Below, piece after piece: positions 27,498 to 40,215 of a stretch of DNA of 64,000 bases; positions within the stretch are counted from its first letter, which is position 1, and the number at the start of each line of letters is the position of its first letter. The position numbers and the translations under genes were made by a program. Source of the stretch: Oculina patagonica (Eukaryota); the NCBI RefSeq assembly GCF_052425735.1, contig NC_135768.1, positions 19,406,001 through 19,470,000 of the forward strand, read 5' to 3'. A model generated the notes under the pieces. The model had not been told where the DNA came from, ran no database searches, and saw nothing but the letters and a program-made list of their open reading frames with translations.

Positions 27498-28130
27498 AGC
27501 TACCATCAGCCACATCTCACAAGAAATGGATGCTCTTATGAGTAGCTCATTTCTTTTTTTCCAAAAATGCACTAAACACACGAGGCTTCAGTGGATTTGA
27601 AGAAACATCAACAATGCTTCAAAAGAGGCTAGTTAAAAGGTGGTTATTGAGAAAAACCTTGGAGCCCAAAAAATAATAGCATGTTCACCAATCCTAGGTA
27701 AAAAGGATTTTCATGGTCAGCTACAAAACCATGAAATAAACTCGGAATTCAGTAGCATAATTTGAAGTTATATGAAAAGAAAAGGACAGAGAATAAAAAA
27801 GAAACAAATATCGATAAAAAGAAAAACAACTTTTGTACAGCTAAAAGTAAATCAGATTGCCCGATACTTACCCTGTTTCTCCTAAATCTGCTTTGTCACT
27901 CCAACCCACTAACAGAGAACCAGGAGAAAGCTAATAAATTATTATTTTAATTTGCAACTTCATCCTTATGACATACAACTTCAAACCAAACCATATGTTC
28001 ATGGCCTTTCATGATGCATGGTTTGATTAGAGACTTTTAAAAGATGTAGTTACAGGCTTCAGGTGGGATCCTGGCCAGTCCTTCTTGTATTACAACATGG
28101 GGCTGTTTCCAGGACAGAACAATGTGCATG

Positions 28131-28220
28131 AAGAAGAAGAAGAAGAGTGCCTTTATTTAAACAGGGTTGCTCTTTCAGTAATTATAAATTACAAAATTAC
28201 TGCTATCAATAGAGGCCCTA
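28131..28220 (-). mobile_element. 3' end fragment of an L2/CR1-like LINE
   Basis: Minus strand reads agggcctct...actgaaagagcaaccctgtttaaataaaggc followed by a (TCT)n tail. Confidence 0.4.
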
Positions 28221-31200
28221 TAAAAAAAACCTTAATTAAAAATTAATGTTTCTTAATTAAGAAACATTCTCACACACCACTGGTAGCCATGCCAGGCCGA
28301 CCGCCACCTCACCTTTATTACAAACTCAAAACCATACAATCATGTACATCATGCATCATAGGTAAAATAATTATTACAAAGTGGCAAAGCTAACAAAAGA
28401 TACAGCACGAACTAAAAATCTTTGGGCGGGTGGGACTGCGAAAAGGTCATTAATGGTGGAAGCAACAAAAACAACTGCCCACCAAAGGTCACATGACCCT
28501 TTCCCAGGTCCCAGCGGTGTGTGAGAAAAACATTTTCCACTTATTTTGTTTCACTCGGCCTGTGGAAAATAACACTTATTTTTTGTTCTCTCCCTCCTAA
28601 CCCTTTTTCAGGCATGAAGAATTTAACCCTATAATAATACTGAATCAGATCTGTTTGGTTTGATAATCAGATAGATGACTGATGCAGGTGAACTTGTCAA
28701 TTCTCTTTACTTCAAATGAAAATAAATACACCACACCAACGGTCTCAACATATCATTTATTCATACACTGAAGACTTATTGATCATCATACAGATTCTCC
28801 AATGTCAGGAAATTGTTTTACAAATCATGGGGTGCTAGGGCATTTTAATATTACAGATCTGTCACCCTATAACTCCAATATTGTCATATTCATTTACATG
28901 TAGATTACACACTCGTATGGTGTATCACAACTTATTTCCTAACAGATCTACTGAATCTCGCTGCCATCCAGCTTAATAATAATATTATGGTACTTGCTTC
29001 TCTTCCCCCTTTGGGGGGGTTTATTTGTTCATCAAATACGTCTAGTAAATAACCTACCAACAGTGTGTTCACATCACAATGATGGGTTATCTGACTGGCA
29101 ACATTTTAATAATAATTATTATTATAACATGCAATGGCAAACAGAAAACTTTGTAATGGATTGTCAAACTTCTTAATACTAAATTCTTTACAAACTTCCA
29201 CCTACTTTAAAAATATTCAGCTAGAACATACATAGTAAGCTTACAGAATGGGAATCAATAATGAGGCAAAGTACAAAAGTTAATTAATTTAAAGTTCCTG
29301 TTACAAAACTTGCACTCTGAACCTTTCAATGTTAAAAATCCCCACCATTATTTTACTCTTATATCTCATCCATGAGTAGGAAGGCCTGATTTTCACCCAC
29401 AATTCTCCCAAAGTAAATTATCGAAAATGTATCAAAGACAGAAAGAGGAATTGAGATGTTGATCTTGGGAATAAATGGGTTTAGTACTCCGCTGTGCACA
29501 AAGCCATTGGAAAAATCAACAATGATAACATGCACAAAAGGAAACGCAATGTTGATATCTGCTTGTTTTTTTTTTTTTTTTTAAAAAGTCTGTTGTTTTA
29601 TTCAAGTTAAATTAACCTTATATTATTCCCTAATCTTATGATCATATCATCTTGTGAAGCAAATTGTTATTTTCTACATTAAGCATTGCAAGCACACATA
29701 CACCACTGCTACGCTTGAATATAACTGCAAAACAAAAAAAGCAAAAACCCAAATTAAAATAAAAACCCACATCCAGCTGTAAATTCACACACACAGACAA
29801 AATTATAGAAAAGAAAATGATAAATCTAAGCCCAGTCAAACTGTATGGGAAAATACATTTTCATTATTCTTGTGTTACATTACATGTAACTATATAACAG
29901 CTTTGTTGTGCTCTGTGCTGAAGAGAGATGTGTTCAGGTTTAAACTGAACAGAAGTTATTTTGCATACGATATTGTATTGTTGGTAATCAATGTCTATAC
30001 CGTTGTGTTTTCTACAACTAATCTACTACACAAAAGCACTGTGATGTAAAGTAACAGTGCTTTAATAATGTACAATTTTAAAGCTAACATAATATTGATG
30101 TTCTCCAGTAATGTCTTTACGTCACAACCCTGAAATATTAAAACAGCGTTATTAATGAAAAAAAAAAATCATTTTGATACTGTTTTACCGACATACATTA
30201 AGTGTATAGGAAGCCCTTAAAAGCTAGAGGCTTTGTTCTAACGAAAAATATATATATGCACAGTTTTGGTTTTACTCAAAAATTTGTCTTGGCACCATTA
30301 AAATACTTGTAGCATTTTTATGGTGTTAGGCTACTAAGGCAGAGCATTACAAAAAACGTCTGGAATCCCAATACAGTATTCTCATATCAATGCAACTCCT
30401 TACATTATTTGGTTGATTGCTATAATTACTATAATGAAAATTACATTAATTTTAGATGTTTGAACAACGGAGAGTAAAATAATATTGCTACAGCTGTATA
30501 GGTTTGATTGTTCATGTTTCCTTTGTTCACACATTGAAGCCACATACACAATTTTCAAATTTAGATTTGTTAGTCAAAAATACATGTACATTAAAAAATC
30601 AAATACAATAACTGTTTCCAAAAACAAGAGCATAAACTTGTCACATACAATGTGATTTGATTACCCAGTAAAGCTTGATAAGTAGTGAGGGAAGGGGAGA
30701 TAATTTATCACAAGAAAAAAATCACTGTTTGACCTGCCGGGAGGCAGGTGGCTAATTCATGCTGGTCATTAATTATTTCTTACAATTTGAACACCATAAT
30801 ATTGTGAAAGGCAAAAAAGACAAAAAGCAAAGACATCAAAATAAGAAATGAAAATTAAACTAACTAGCTGCAGACATGTTTCTGAAAACTTAATTATGAA
30901 AATTGCAAAAAAGGAATAGTTCACAATAGTTTGGGGTTCTTACACACATTTACAAAATGAAATTATGAACTGTTTCAAAAACTTGTTTTATTTAAAGCAA
31001 TAGATTCCTTTGAATATTTCCAATACTTTTTTGGAATAGGCACATACAACAATCCATCCTCATAAAGGGAAGAAAGATTTGAGTAAAGAATTAACAAATC
31101 TACCCAAGATCATGGACTATTCAAATCTCATAACTGACATATAACATTCAACAGATTTCCCTTGAAATTAATTTTGGAAATCACTAATTTAAAAAGCTCA

Positions 31201-34200
31201 ACAAGTACTTGTCATTTCTTTTCAAAGGCAAACCTGCCAATTCACGACAGCCAATCAGTGAACAGTTCTAAGGCAAAAAACAAGATGATGATTGGTTGAA
31301 AATATGGAAACCACATGTTAATAATTTATGAAGTATATAAAGGAGAAAGATCAAAATTAATTTGTTAACTGTAGTTAGATTGTAGTGTTGTGAAGATGAG
31401 AAAGTATTCTAGAAATCATATTTAAAAAGATTGTTTGAATGGAGTTTTTATTTTCAGTTAAAGAAAAAATATTTTACTGGTGATATTGTTGTTATGGCTT
31501 TTTCTCACACACTATTTTTTTATCAATTTTATGTGTATTCATAAATCCCTGCAGTGGGATTTTTAAGGAAAACAATAATTACACCATCTGTAATGTTGCA
31601 ATTTCAAATTTAGTTTAATCATTTTTTGTAAATCCAAAATACATGTACATTAAAAATCTCACAATTCAAAAACAAAAGTTGATAAATGTGAAACAGTTTG
31701 GCCTGAAAAACTGCAAAGAATTATATTGTTTGTCATTCCTAAAAACAAGTTTATGTACAGTGTATATAATTCAATACATGTACTAAAACAGAAGAATCAC
31801 ACTGATGAGTTTATTTATAAGTTTTAATTCACATTCTGTAAATTCTACATACAACAGAAGAAAATACAGTTTTATCCATTCAGAAGACCTTGCTAGAATT
31901 TGACCTTGCCTTCTTAAGGCTATAATAAATATTTTACCAAAACCATAACTTCAACTTATTAAAATAACACTTGATGTATAAAAAAGAAAATCAATTAAAT
32001 AATGCATAATCTCTACATTGTAGCTCATTAAAATCTTGAATGTATCATGTAACAACTGAAAGTAGTTTCACTCCCTGGGGGAGTCACTGGTTTGCAACTA
32101 AAACGGAAAATTTTTACTTTTGGTTTTTACAACATTGAGGCTGCCATCATTGAAAGCCTAGTATACATTTTTACAAATCAAATGGGATGCCAGAAATATA
32201 CTCTTATTAGTAATTCATTCTGAATTTGTTTGCAACATTGTTGGAAATAACTAAAAACACAACATCAGTCTGCAAATTATTATGGTTAGATGCAAATTAT
32301 TAAACCTTTCCACATGTACATGTATGTACAATAATTATTTGCTTATAAGCAAGAAATAAATTAATATAAATTATATTGATTGTCAAGGAAATGACAGCTT
32401 TGGAAGAGTCTTGTTCAAGTATGCGTCCTAAAGAGGTACAAAAGAAATTACTACATCACAAAAGATGTATGATTACACAAGAAACTGTTACACTTGCAAC
32501 CTTGAAAATTAAGTTAACTGTACACGTTATGAGACCAACAAACAGACAACAAGAACACATACAATATTGCATAAATGCATGGAGTTGTAACAACACTAAT
32601 AGTGCTAACTCATCAGAACATGCCTGAGGGAAAAAACTCATTCCATTAAAGAAACTTGGTATCAATTGACACCGACAAAACAGAATCTACAATGTATTAC
32701 TGTACTGTTTTCCAGAAAGGAAAATGTCTTTATTACATTTTTGGTGCTATCACTTATACACACTTTGTATTAAATCCTATGCAGTATGCTGAAAAGAAAG
32801 AGAAACTGCAGAATAGTCCACAAAATGTTTTCAGTTACGAAAGCATGTGGTGAAGCTAGTGGCATTAATTTTAATGTCTTGCCAAGTGTTTGGAAAAGTT
32901 TTTTTTACACCTAGATTTGTGAATTGCTGCCCAAAAATATATTTCTGATGAAGGCTGGTAATACATGTACCTTGTCCTCATTTTAAATCCTAGCTAAGTG
33001 CAAGAGCAATGTAACTTAAAGTACCTTTCTTTTATCACCAAAAACTTGAGGAATATTGGGGTGTAAAAACTACATGTATCTGGACACAGAACACTTTGCA
33101 TTGGTGTTATTTTGTTTTTCTTTGTGTTACGCGTAGCTCACATTGTCAACGGATGTTTTATACATTGTATTACATGTACATAATAATCATTAAGAAATGT
33201 AGTCTGTCACAGTATTGCAAAGTGGTAAGTAAAGCAAACATTTTTTTTTCTTACAACAAACACTAACTATTGTTTGCATTATAATAAAGCTGTGTGCACT
33301 TGTCAATGAAGTTAGCTTTTATCCTCTATATGTAGCATTATTACATGTACCTTAATTAAGTTAAACTTGGCATTTGTAAGGTCCCTAGGAGTTGAATTAT
33401 TTTTTCCCAGCACTAGAAATCTGTTGACCTTAAAAACCTGACTACATACTAGTCCGGCAGATTGGTGCAAAAATATGACAGAATTGTGGGATTTGTGGTA
33501 AAAGCACCAAATTTGGCACAAAGATAGAGAAATACCAACTGAACAATATTAGCTATGGACCCACCTGGGAAACATCCCATAATTGTAGTTTCAACGGGTT
33601 TAAGGTGGCTCACTGGAATTTTAACATGGAAACGAGGCTGTGATTTTGTTTCTTGTGTAGCAGCCACAGTATTGCATCAAAAGAGAGACAGTCCACCAAA
33701 AGTTAAGAATTATTCAATATAGTGGTTTTTTCTTTGATTATGGAGTTGTTTTAGTCGATCACGTGACATGTCACGCAATTTCACGTACAGTACCGTGACA
33801 TAATTATAATTAATAAGATTTAGAGATGGCGATATTGCACTGATATTGATGGATGGTTGGCAGAAAACACATATTTCTTAATAACAAAAAAATGATATAT
33901 TTTCTCCTAGCGTCCTCAATGTGAGGCTGTAATGCTACCTCAAAATTAAAATTCAACAAAAAATAGGCTGTTGATTAAAATAGAAATGAAACTATTTGTG
34001 AGTTTTTGAAGTGAACATATGTACCCAAAATGATATTTCCTTTTGCTTCCTGTAGTTCTTATTCAAACGTCTTCTTAAATTCTTCTCTTCTCAAGTAAGA
34101 AGGTCAGCCAAACAAATTTAAATGGCTATCCAATGGGGTTTTTGAAGACAAGAGTGAAATGAAAGAGAAAAGTTAACCAGCCGCCCCATATTTAACATTT

Positions 34201-34824
34201 TCCAAAAAAAATTGTTCATAATCACGATATATGCTAATCATATATCTTTAACTACGCAACCACTTATCGCTCTTATTTATTGGTTGAAATACCATATACT
34301 AAGGTGACAGCTTTTTAAACATTTTAATTCACGAAATTGATTTTAAGTATATTATTGCCATGTTTAGTAAAGTGTGGACTAAACAAAATGTATTTCGTGC
34401 CAGGAAATAACCTCAGAACCGCTTCAATGTCCAAACTCACAAAGATCAGATATCGATTGTGGAACAGGGTAGCCCACCTTGGCTAGACACATTCTTCTAT
34501 TTAGTGAAATACGAAGTTTACCAATTCCCATAATTGTTGAGAAGCTAGGTGAAGGTGGAGGGATTGCAGAAACACTTACAGCAGAAATAAATTAAATAAC
34601 ATAAAACTAGAAACAGCAGACAAACGGAAAAGACAAGAAGAGCCTCAGTCCCCTCAACCTTCTAAATTTACAAGGGCACCTTGTAGTGCAGCCACTTCCA
34701 AAGCCAAAAAAGCTGCTTTTTCTGTGAACGCTTCATGTAGCCTCGACTATGGTGGCCCATCAGTGCCATAGTATTTTACGCTGTATTTTACACAATTTTT
34801 TCTTTTTTATATTTATATTTTTAT

Positions 34825-34968
34825 NNNNNNNNNNNNNNNNNNNNNNNNNNNNNNNNNNNNNNNNNNNNNNNNNNNNNNNNNNNNNNNNNNNNNNNNNNNN
34901 NNNNNNNNNNNNNNNNNNNNNNNNNNNNNNNNNNNNNNNNNNNNNNNNNNNNNNNNNNNNNNNNNNNN
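34825..34968. other. Assembly gap inside the left TIR repeat array
   Basis: N run. Confidence 0.99.
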
Positions 34969-36148
34969 TTTTTTGATCAGCAAAAAAAAAAAAAAAAAAA
35001 AAAAAAACGTCCGTGGCCCACGAGTGCCATAGCAAAAAAAAAAAAAAAAAAAAAAAAAACAGCCGTGGCCCAGTAGTGCCATAGACCATGATGCATTGAG
35101 AAGGAGTAGTTAAGCAACATGGCGGCTCGAACAAGGAAAGATATATACCTGGAAAGAAGATGAAGAACTTACGCAGGACTTAGGGCAATACTGAAACAGG
35201 GGCTGAAAAGAGATGACATTTTGGCATAGAAAAAGCAGGTGACAGGCCTACACAGAATACTTCGTTCGTGACATTTGAACATTTGCCATTTTGTATTTGA
35301 TTTGGTCGGCCAATTGACTTTTTGCTTCTCACTTCTTTAGAAAGGGCACTATATATACGCCTGCAAATGTGCAGAGGATGTAGGACTGCACGGTTTCCCG
35401 TAAGTAGATTTTGACACCTCTGTATTAAATTTGTCATGTATCTTGGCTCATTCATATTTGCAAGATATGGTGGTATACACAACACACAAAAAACAAACTT
35501 GCGTGTTGTAAATATGCAGTCAAACTAAATTTGAACGTTTGGTGCAAGAATGTCACACAACGAAAAAGGGAGGTAAAAACATTAACATCGATCGATATCA
35601 AACGACTTAACGCTCGATCAAATTGATGCAAGAAACACATAAACATAAACTTACCGACACATGTCCTATGTCTTCTGCACATTTGCTGGGCGGCTGAAGT
35701 CTTACGACTCTATTTAACTTAAAATGACTCCTAATAAAACAGCTGACAGCGTATAGTGCCCTTTATAAACGAGTGAGAAGCAAAAATAAATTGGCCGACC
35801 AAATCCACTACAGAACGGCAAATGTACAAATGTCACGAACGAAGTATTCTGTGTAGGCCTGTCACCTGCTTTTTCTATGCCAAAATGTCATCTCTTTTCA
35901 GCCCCTGTTTCAGGTATTGCCCTAAGTCCTGCGTTAGTTCTTCATCTTCTTTCCAGGTATCTTTCCTTGTTCGAGCCGCCATGTTGCTTAACTACTCCTT
36001 CTCAATGCATCATGGTCTATGGCACTCCTGGGCCACGGCTGTTTTTTTTTTTTTTTTTTTTTTTTTTTGCTATGGCACTCGTGGGCCACGGACGTTTTTT
36101 TTTTTTTTTTTTTTTTTTTTTGCTATGGCACTCGTGGGCCACGGACGC

Positions 36149-36184
<36 letters not shown>

Positions 36185-36193
36185 ATCAAAAAA

Positions 36194-36336
36194 NNNNNNN
36201 NNNNNNNNNNNNNNNNNNNNNNNNNNNNNNNNNNNNNNNNNNNNNNNNNNNNNNNNNNNNNNNNNNNNNNNNNNNNNNNNNNNNNNNNNNNNNNNNNNNN
36301 NNNNNNNNNNNNNNNNNNNNNNNNNNNNNNNNNNNN
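36194..36336. other. Assembly gap inside the right TIR repeat array
   Basis: N run at the mirror position of 34825-34968. Confidence 0.99.
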
Positions 36337-37029
36337 ATAAAAATATAAATATAAAAAAGAAAAAATTGTGTAAAATACAGCGTAAAATACTATGGCACTG
36401 ATGGGCCACCATACTCGACCTTAATATAGATAAAAGATTCGCGAGTTGGTGCATCAGTTGCAAGACAAGGTGTAAATTGCGAAATTAAGTACAGGCCATA
36501 TGTTTTCTCAAGAAGCAGTTTATCATGCAAAATGCCTGGTAGCACTTTAAACCACAGAGCGGAGTGGTCCAAACAGAGTACAATAAATAGAAATGAAAAG
36601 AGAGTCCAAGGTATCGCCTTAGCACAGCTTATTGCATATATAGATGAAACGCGCACCGAGACAAAGGGTAGCGCCCCGACAGCGTTAAAGCTAGCAGAAC
36701 TTACAGACATGTTTTCTATCCATCTGGCACAACTTGGAGTGGAGGTGTCTGGTCAGGTTACTCTATTGATCTTAAAGAAATGATCTTAGCAATTTTCCCA
36801 GGTTTTCAGGCGCATAAGAAAGGGCGAGACATTTTACTAGCATTCAATGATGAAGTTGCTATAGCGCTTCAACAGGCTTACGCAATTCTGAAAAGGTGAT
36901 GACTGTCATTAAGGCAGCCATGAAAATTGGTAGGGATATTTTGGACAAGAAATCAAAGTTCAACAGTACATTTAATAACAGTTTTTAGCAGGAATCTGTC
37001 CCAAAGTCTCTGAAACAATTATTTATTTA

Positions 37030-37860
37030 CCGTATTTATTCGGTTATAAGGCGCACTCGGTTATAAGACGCACCCCAAACTTGGCAACTTTGTCATGCTA
37101 AGTTTCCAAACTGAAAATTCTCCAAAAACACTCGGTTATAAGACGCACCATGAGTTGGAGAGTTGTAAAGTTTCGGTGATCAATTTTCGGACAGTTCTTC
37201 TTACAGAATTTGAATGATTGAATGTTGTTCATACTTCTTGGCACAATCTTCGAGTGAAAAGGTAACATTTCTTGCTAAAAAAGACGTAAATCCACTTGAG
37301 CAAAACATCTTTCCATCGTTCATGCTTCAAATTTAGCTGCTTAGTAACCTGGCAGATGTGTAGTTACCAGTAACCACTGAGTTTGTAGCTTGGTTACCAA
37401 GTTCTCAAGCATGCTTCGTATCGCTTCGAACTTTGTTTATCGAGTGGTTTTGAAAGATTCTCAAGCTTTTTTGGTGTTTTCCCTGTCTTCTAAAGTCATT
37501 TCCAACATTCCATGCTTAGAAAGGTTTGTTTCAAATGAGTATGCTTGATTTTCTTTGTCTGTTTCAACAAAATGCTGGCATAGACACGCATTGCTAAAAC
37601 GTGTTTATACGTGACAATAAACTTTACATTGAAAGTTGCTGTTTCTTATATCTGTTTTCTTGTTCTAAAAGTCAATGACCAACATTAAGTGTTTTCATTT
37701 TTCTTGTTTTGTTTGTAAGTTCCGGTAAAATGGCGGTCATGAGATTTTGTTGGGCGAAAATACTCGGCTATAAGACGCACCCCAATTTTGGCATAAACTT
37801 CCCACAGAAAAACAGATTTTCCTTGAAAAAACCGTGCGCCTTATAACCGAATAAATACGG
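37030..37860. mobile_element. pogo/Tigger-type MITE, 831 bp, nested in the Academ transposase
   Basis: Perfect 27-bp TIR ccgtatttattcggttataaggcgcac; TA TSD (37028-37029, 37861-37862); internal ctcggttataagacgcacc repeats. Confidence 0.88.
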
Positions 37861-40215
37861 TATATTTATTTTTTTTTTGGGGGGGGGGACCAGATATCAA
37901 GACCCAGTCAAGCGATATGACTGAAGCGCAAAACAAATCTAAGTATATCTCAACTGATGCCTTTCAATGCAAGCAAAAGGCGACATGATAGCGGTACAAC
38001 AGCTTCTTCAAATTACCATTCCAGGGATCGCGAGCCACAACTTATTACTTAACTAGGCCTCATGACACATGCCGAAATGCCAAAGCACACACTTGTTGCT
38101 AAGCTCTACAATCTGAGATTTTCGAACTCATATCTCAAAGTATTAGAATTATCAACTGACATTGGAAACAGTGTTTGCGTGCACTTTGAATTGGAAGGAG
38201 TCGTTTGCCTATTCAAGCTTCTTAAAGGAGTTTTCACAACTGCAGAAATGGATAATTTTTGACCACAATCCGAGTTCTGTAAGTGCTCATGATCAGGGTG
38301 CTTTTCGCTGAACTGGTATATCGTTTTTTCAACATCCCACTTCCTATGCCTTGGGAGAAGAGCGAGAGGTGGCTGCTAACAGCAAATGAGATTTGCGAGT
38401 GCAAACACCTGAAATATCAGTTTGCCAGGACTTGATATAGCCCGTCATTTTGGTCAGGAGGAGTCACAGGCTCTCCTCACATTTCACGACTTTATGATCA
38501 AACATCGTCTTTTGCGCACTATGGCAAAAAGGTGGCATGGGAAGTGTGGGGCATATTCGATGAGTTAACATCAGCTTTTTATTAAAGTTCTATAAAGCAC
38601 TGCTTCAACGCTGGATGTTATGGATGAGGTAGTGCCTATTCTTGAGCGATACGCCATCATTAAGTATGATTGTACCGTAACAGCACATGCATGAGAGTAA
38701 ACTAGTAATAATCAGAGATTAGGGGAGTGCGTTCGACCCAAGATAGGTACCCAAGATAAGACTAGTAAACGTAATCCGAGTTACACGACTGTTTATATCG
38801 TCATACAAATTTAAAACTACCGCGCGTGCAACATCAGTAAAGCGCGCATCCAACATCACTTGAAACTATCAGAGAAACAATCTCAATCCAACAGTGCATG
38901 AGGCAGCACTGCAATTTTTTTTACTACTGTTAAAAGGAGGACTGCCGAAACGTTTATTTTTCAGCACAACTTACAGGGCAAACTTGAAAACGCAAACCGA
39001 AGAAGATCGTTCGAACGAATCAACCTCGTTCCCAGGGTCTCTCGCAAATAAAAATTGCGACGTCATTAATTAGCCAACCTGCCACATACCAAGATACATA
39101 GAACGAAACATAAACGACTTTCACTGGACAGCCACGGGACCACACGCCACCACAAGATTAGGATTTTTTCTCCTACCATCGAACGCAAAAATTGTTTACA
39201 GCGGCAGCGTAGCGGTATCGGCTTAATTGAATTGTTTTTGCGCGCGGTGTCTTTGCGGCTTAATGTCATTGTTGATGTTGCTGTGACGCAATTAATTGCT
39301 TTCTAATGTCTAATCAACTTGCCACATACCGACATACATAGTACCACACATAGAACCACTTTCGCTTGCGCGTTCACAGGACAACCACGGGGCCACAGGC
39401 CACCGCAAGATTAGGATGCGTTCTCCTACCGTCGAACGCAATGATACACAGAAAGATTTGTTTACACGTAAAACGTCAAAAACTTTGATCACATGGTTGG
39501 TAACGTGATCATAAAAGAACGCCAATATTGTCACAGAATGCATTTTGTAATTTATTTAAACTTACTATTTTTTACGATACATTGTGTCATAATAATTATT
39601 TACCTAGCCTCATTTTCATGCTAAAAGCCCAGTAGGCTACCTTAAATCCATTATAATTACAATTATGGGATGGATCCCAGGTGGGTCCATAGCTATTTTG
39701 TAGTTTCTATGTATGAACTTGATAAAAAGTTATAATATAAACTGAGAGATTCAGGGAAAGATAGGAATGTCCAATGCTAGGCATGAAAACGTGTTTGGTC
39801 ACGTGATCACACAAGAAGGCCAATAATGTCTCAGAATGCATTTTGTTTTTCATTTTTTGGGTTAAACTTGTTAATTTCTAAGGATACATTGTTTTTTTGC
39901 TGGAAAGAAAGCAAAAATTCACCCAGCCTCGTTTCCATGTTAGAGGTCCAGTGGGCCACCTTAAACCTGTTATAACTACTATTATGGGATAGATCCCACG
40001 TGGGTCCATAGCCAATATTGTTCAGTTGGTAATTCTCTATCTTTGTGCCAAATTTGTGCTTTTACCATAAATCCCACAATTCTTGCACCAATCTGCCGGA
40101 CTATACTTGACAAGCACATGATAGTGCACTGTACTGTAAAGAGAAAATACCATTTTGATCACTGTTGAGATGCAAGGGTTAGTATTTCTTCACTAGAAAA
40201 GCAAGATAGCTTTAC

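Larger units (their letters stand above)
34748..36413. mobile_element. Non-autonomous foldback element with about 600-bp TIRs and 6-bp TSD (IS3EU-like)
   Basis: Ends TATGGTGGCCCATCAGTGCCATAG / CTATGGCACTGATGGGCCACCATA; exact TSD CTCGAC at 34742-34747 and 36414-36419. Subterminal repeats tatggcactcgtgggccacgg are separated by poly-A/T tracts. Confidence 0.8.
34380..38690 (+). pseudogene. Disrupted Academ-type transposase
   Basis: Fragments in shifting frames: CQEITSEPLQCP...GEGGGIAETL; GIALAQLIAYIDE...LKLAEL; FQAHKKGRDILLAF; EGVVCLFKLLKGVFTTAEMDN/DHNPSS...TGISFFQHP; ALLTFHDF/DQTSSFAHYGKKVAWEVW. Contains stops, frameshifts, a large internal deletion and two insertions. Confidence 0.75.
33450..40103 (+). 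mobile_element. Academ DNA transposon (decayed autonomous copy), 6.65 kb
   Basis: About 190-bp imperfect TIRs starting TAGTCCGGCAGATTGGTGCAA and ending TTGCACCAATCTGCCGGACTA; exact 3-bp TSD TAC (33447-33449, 40104-40106); internal transposase relic with an XPG-like H3TH motif. Confidence 0.8.

Noticed and set aside
28700-33400. Short ORFs in a long AT-rich tract
   Set aside because: No recognisable homology or in-phase exon chain; consistent with UTR, intron or intergenic DNA.
34749-36463. Poly-Phe/poly-Lys ORFs
   Set aside because: Homopolymer tracts and N gaps in the foldback element.
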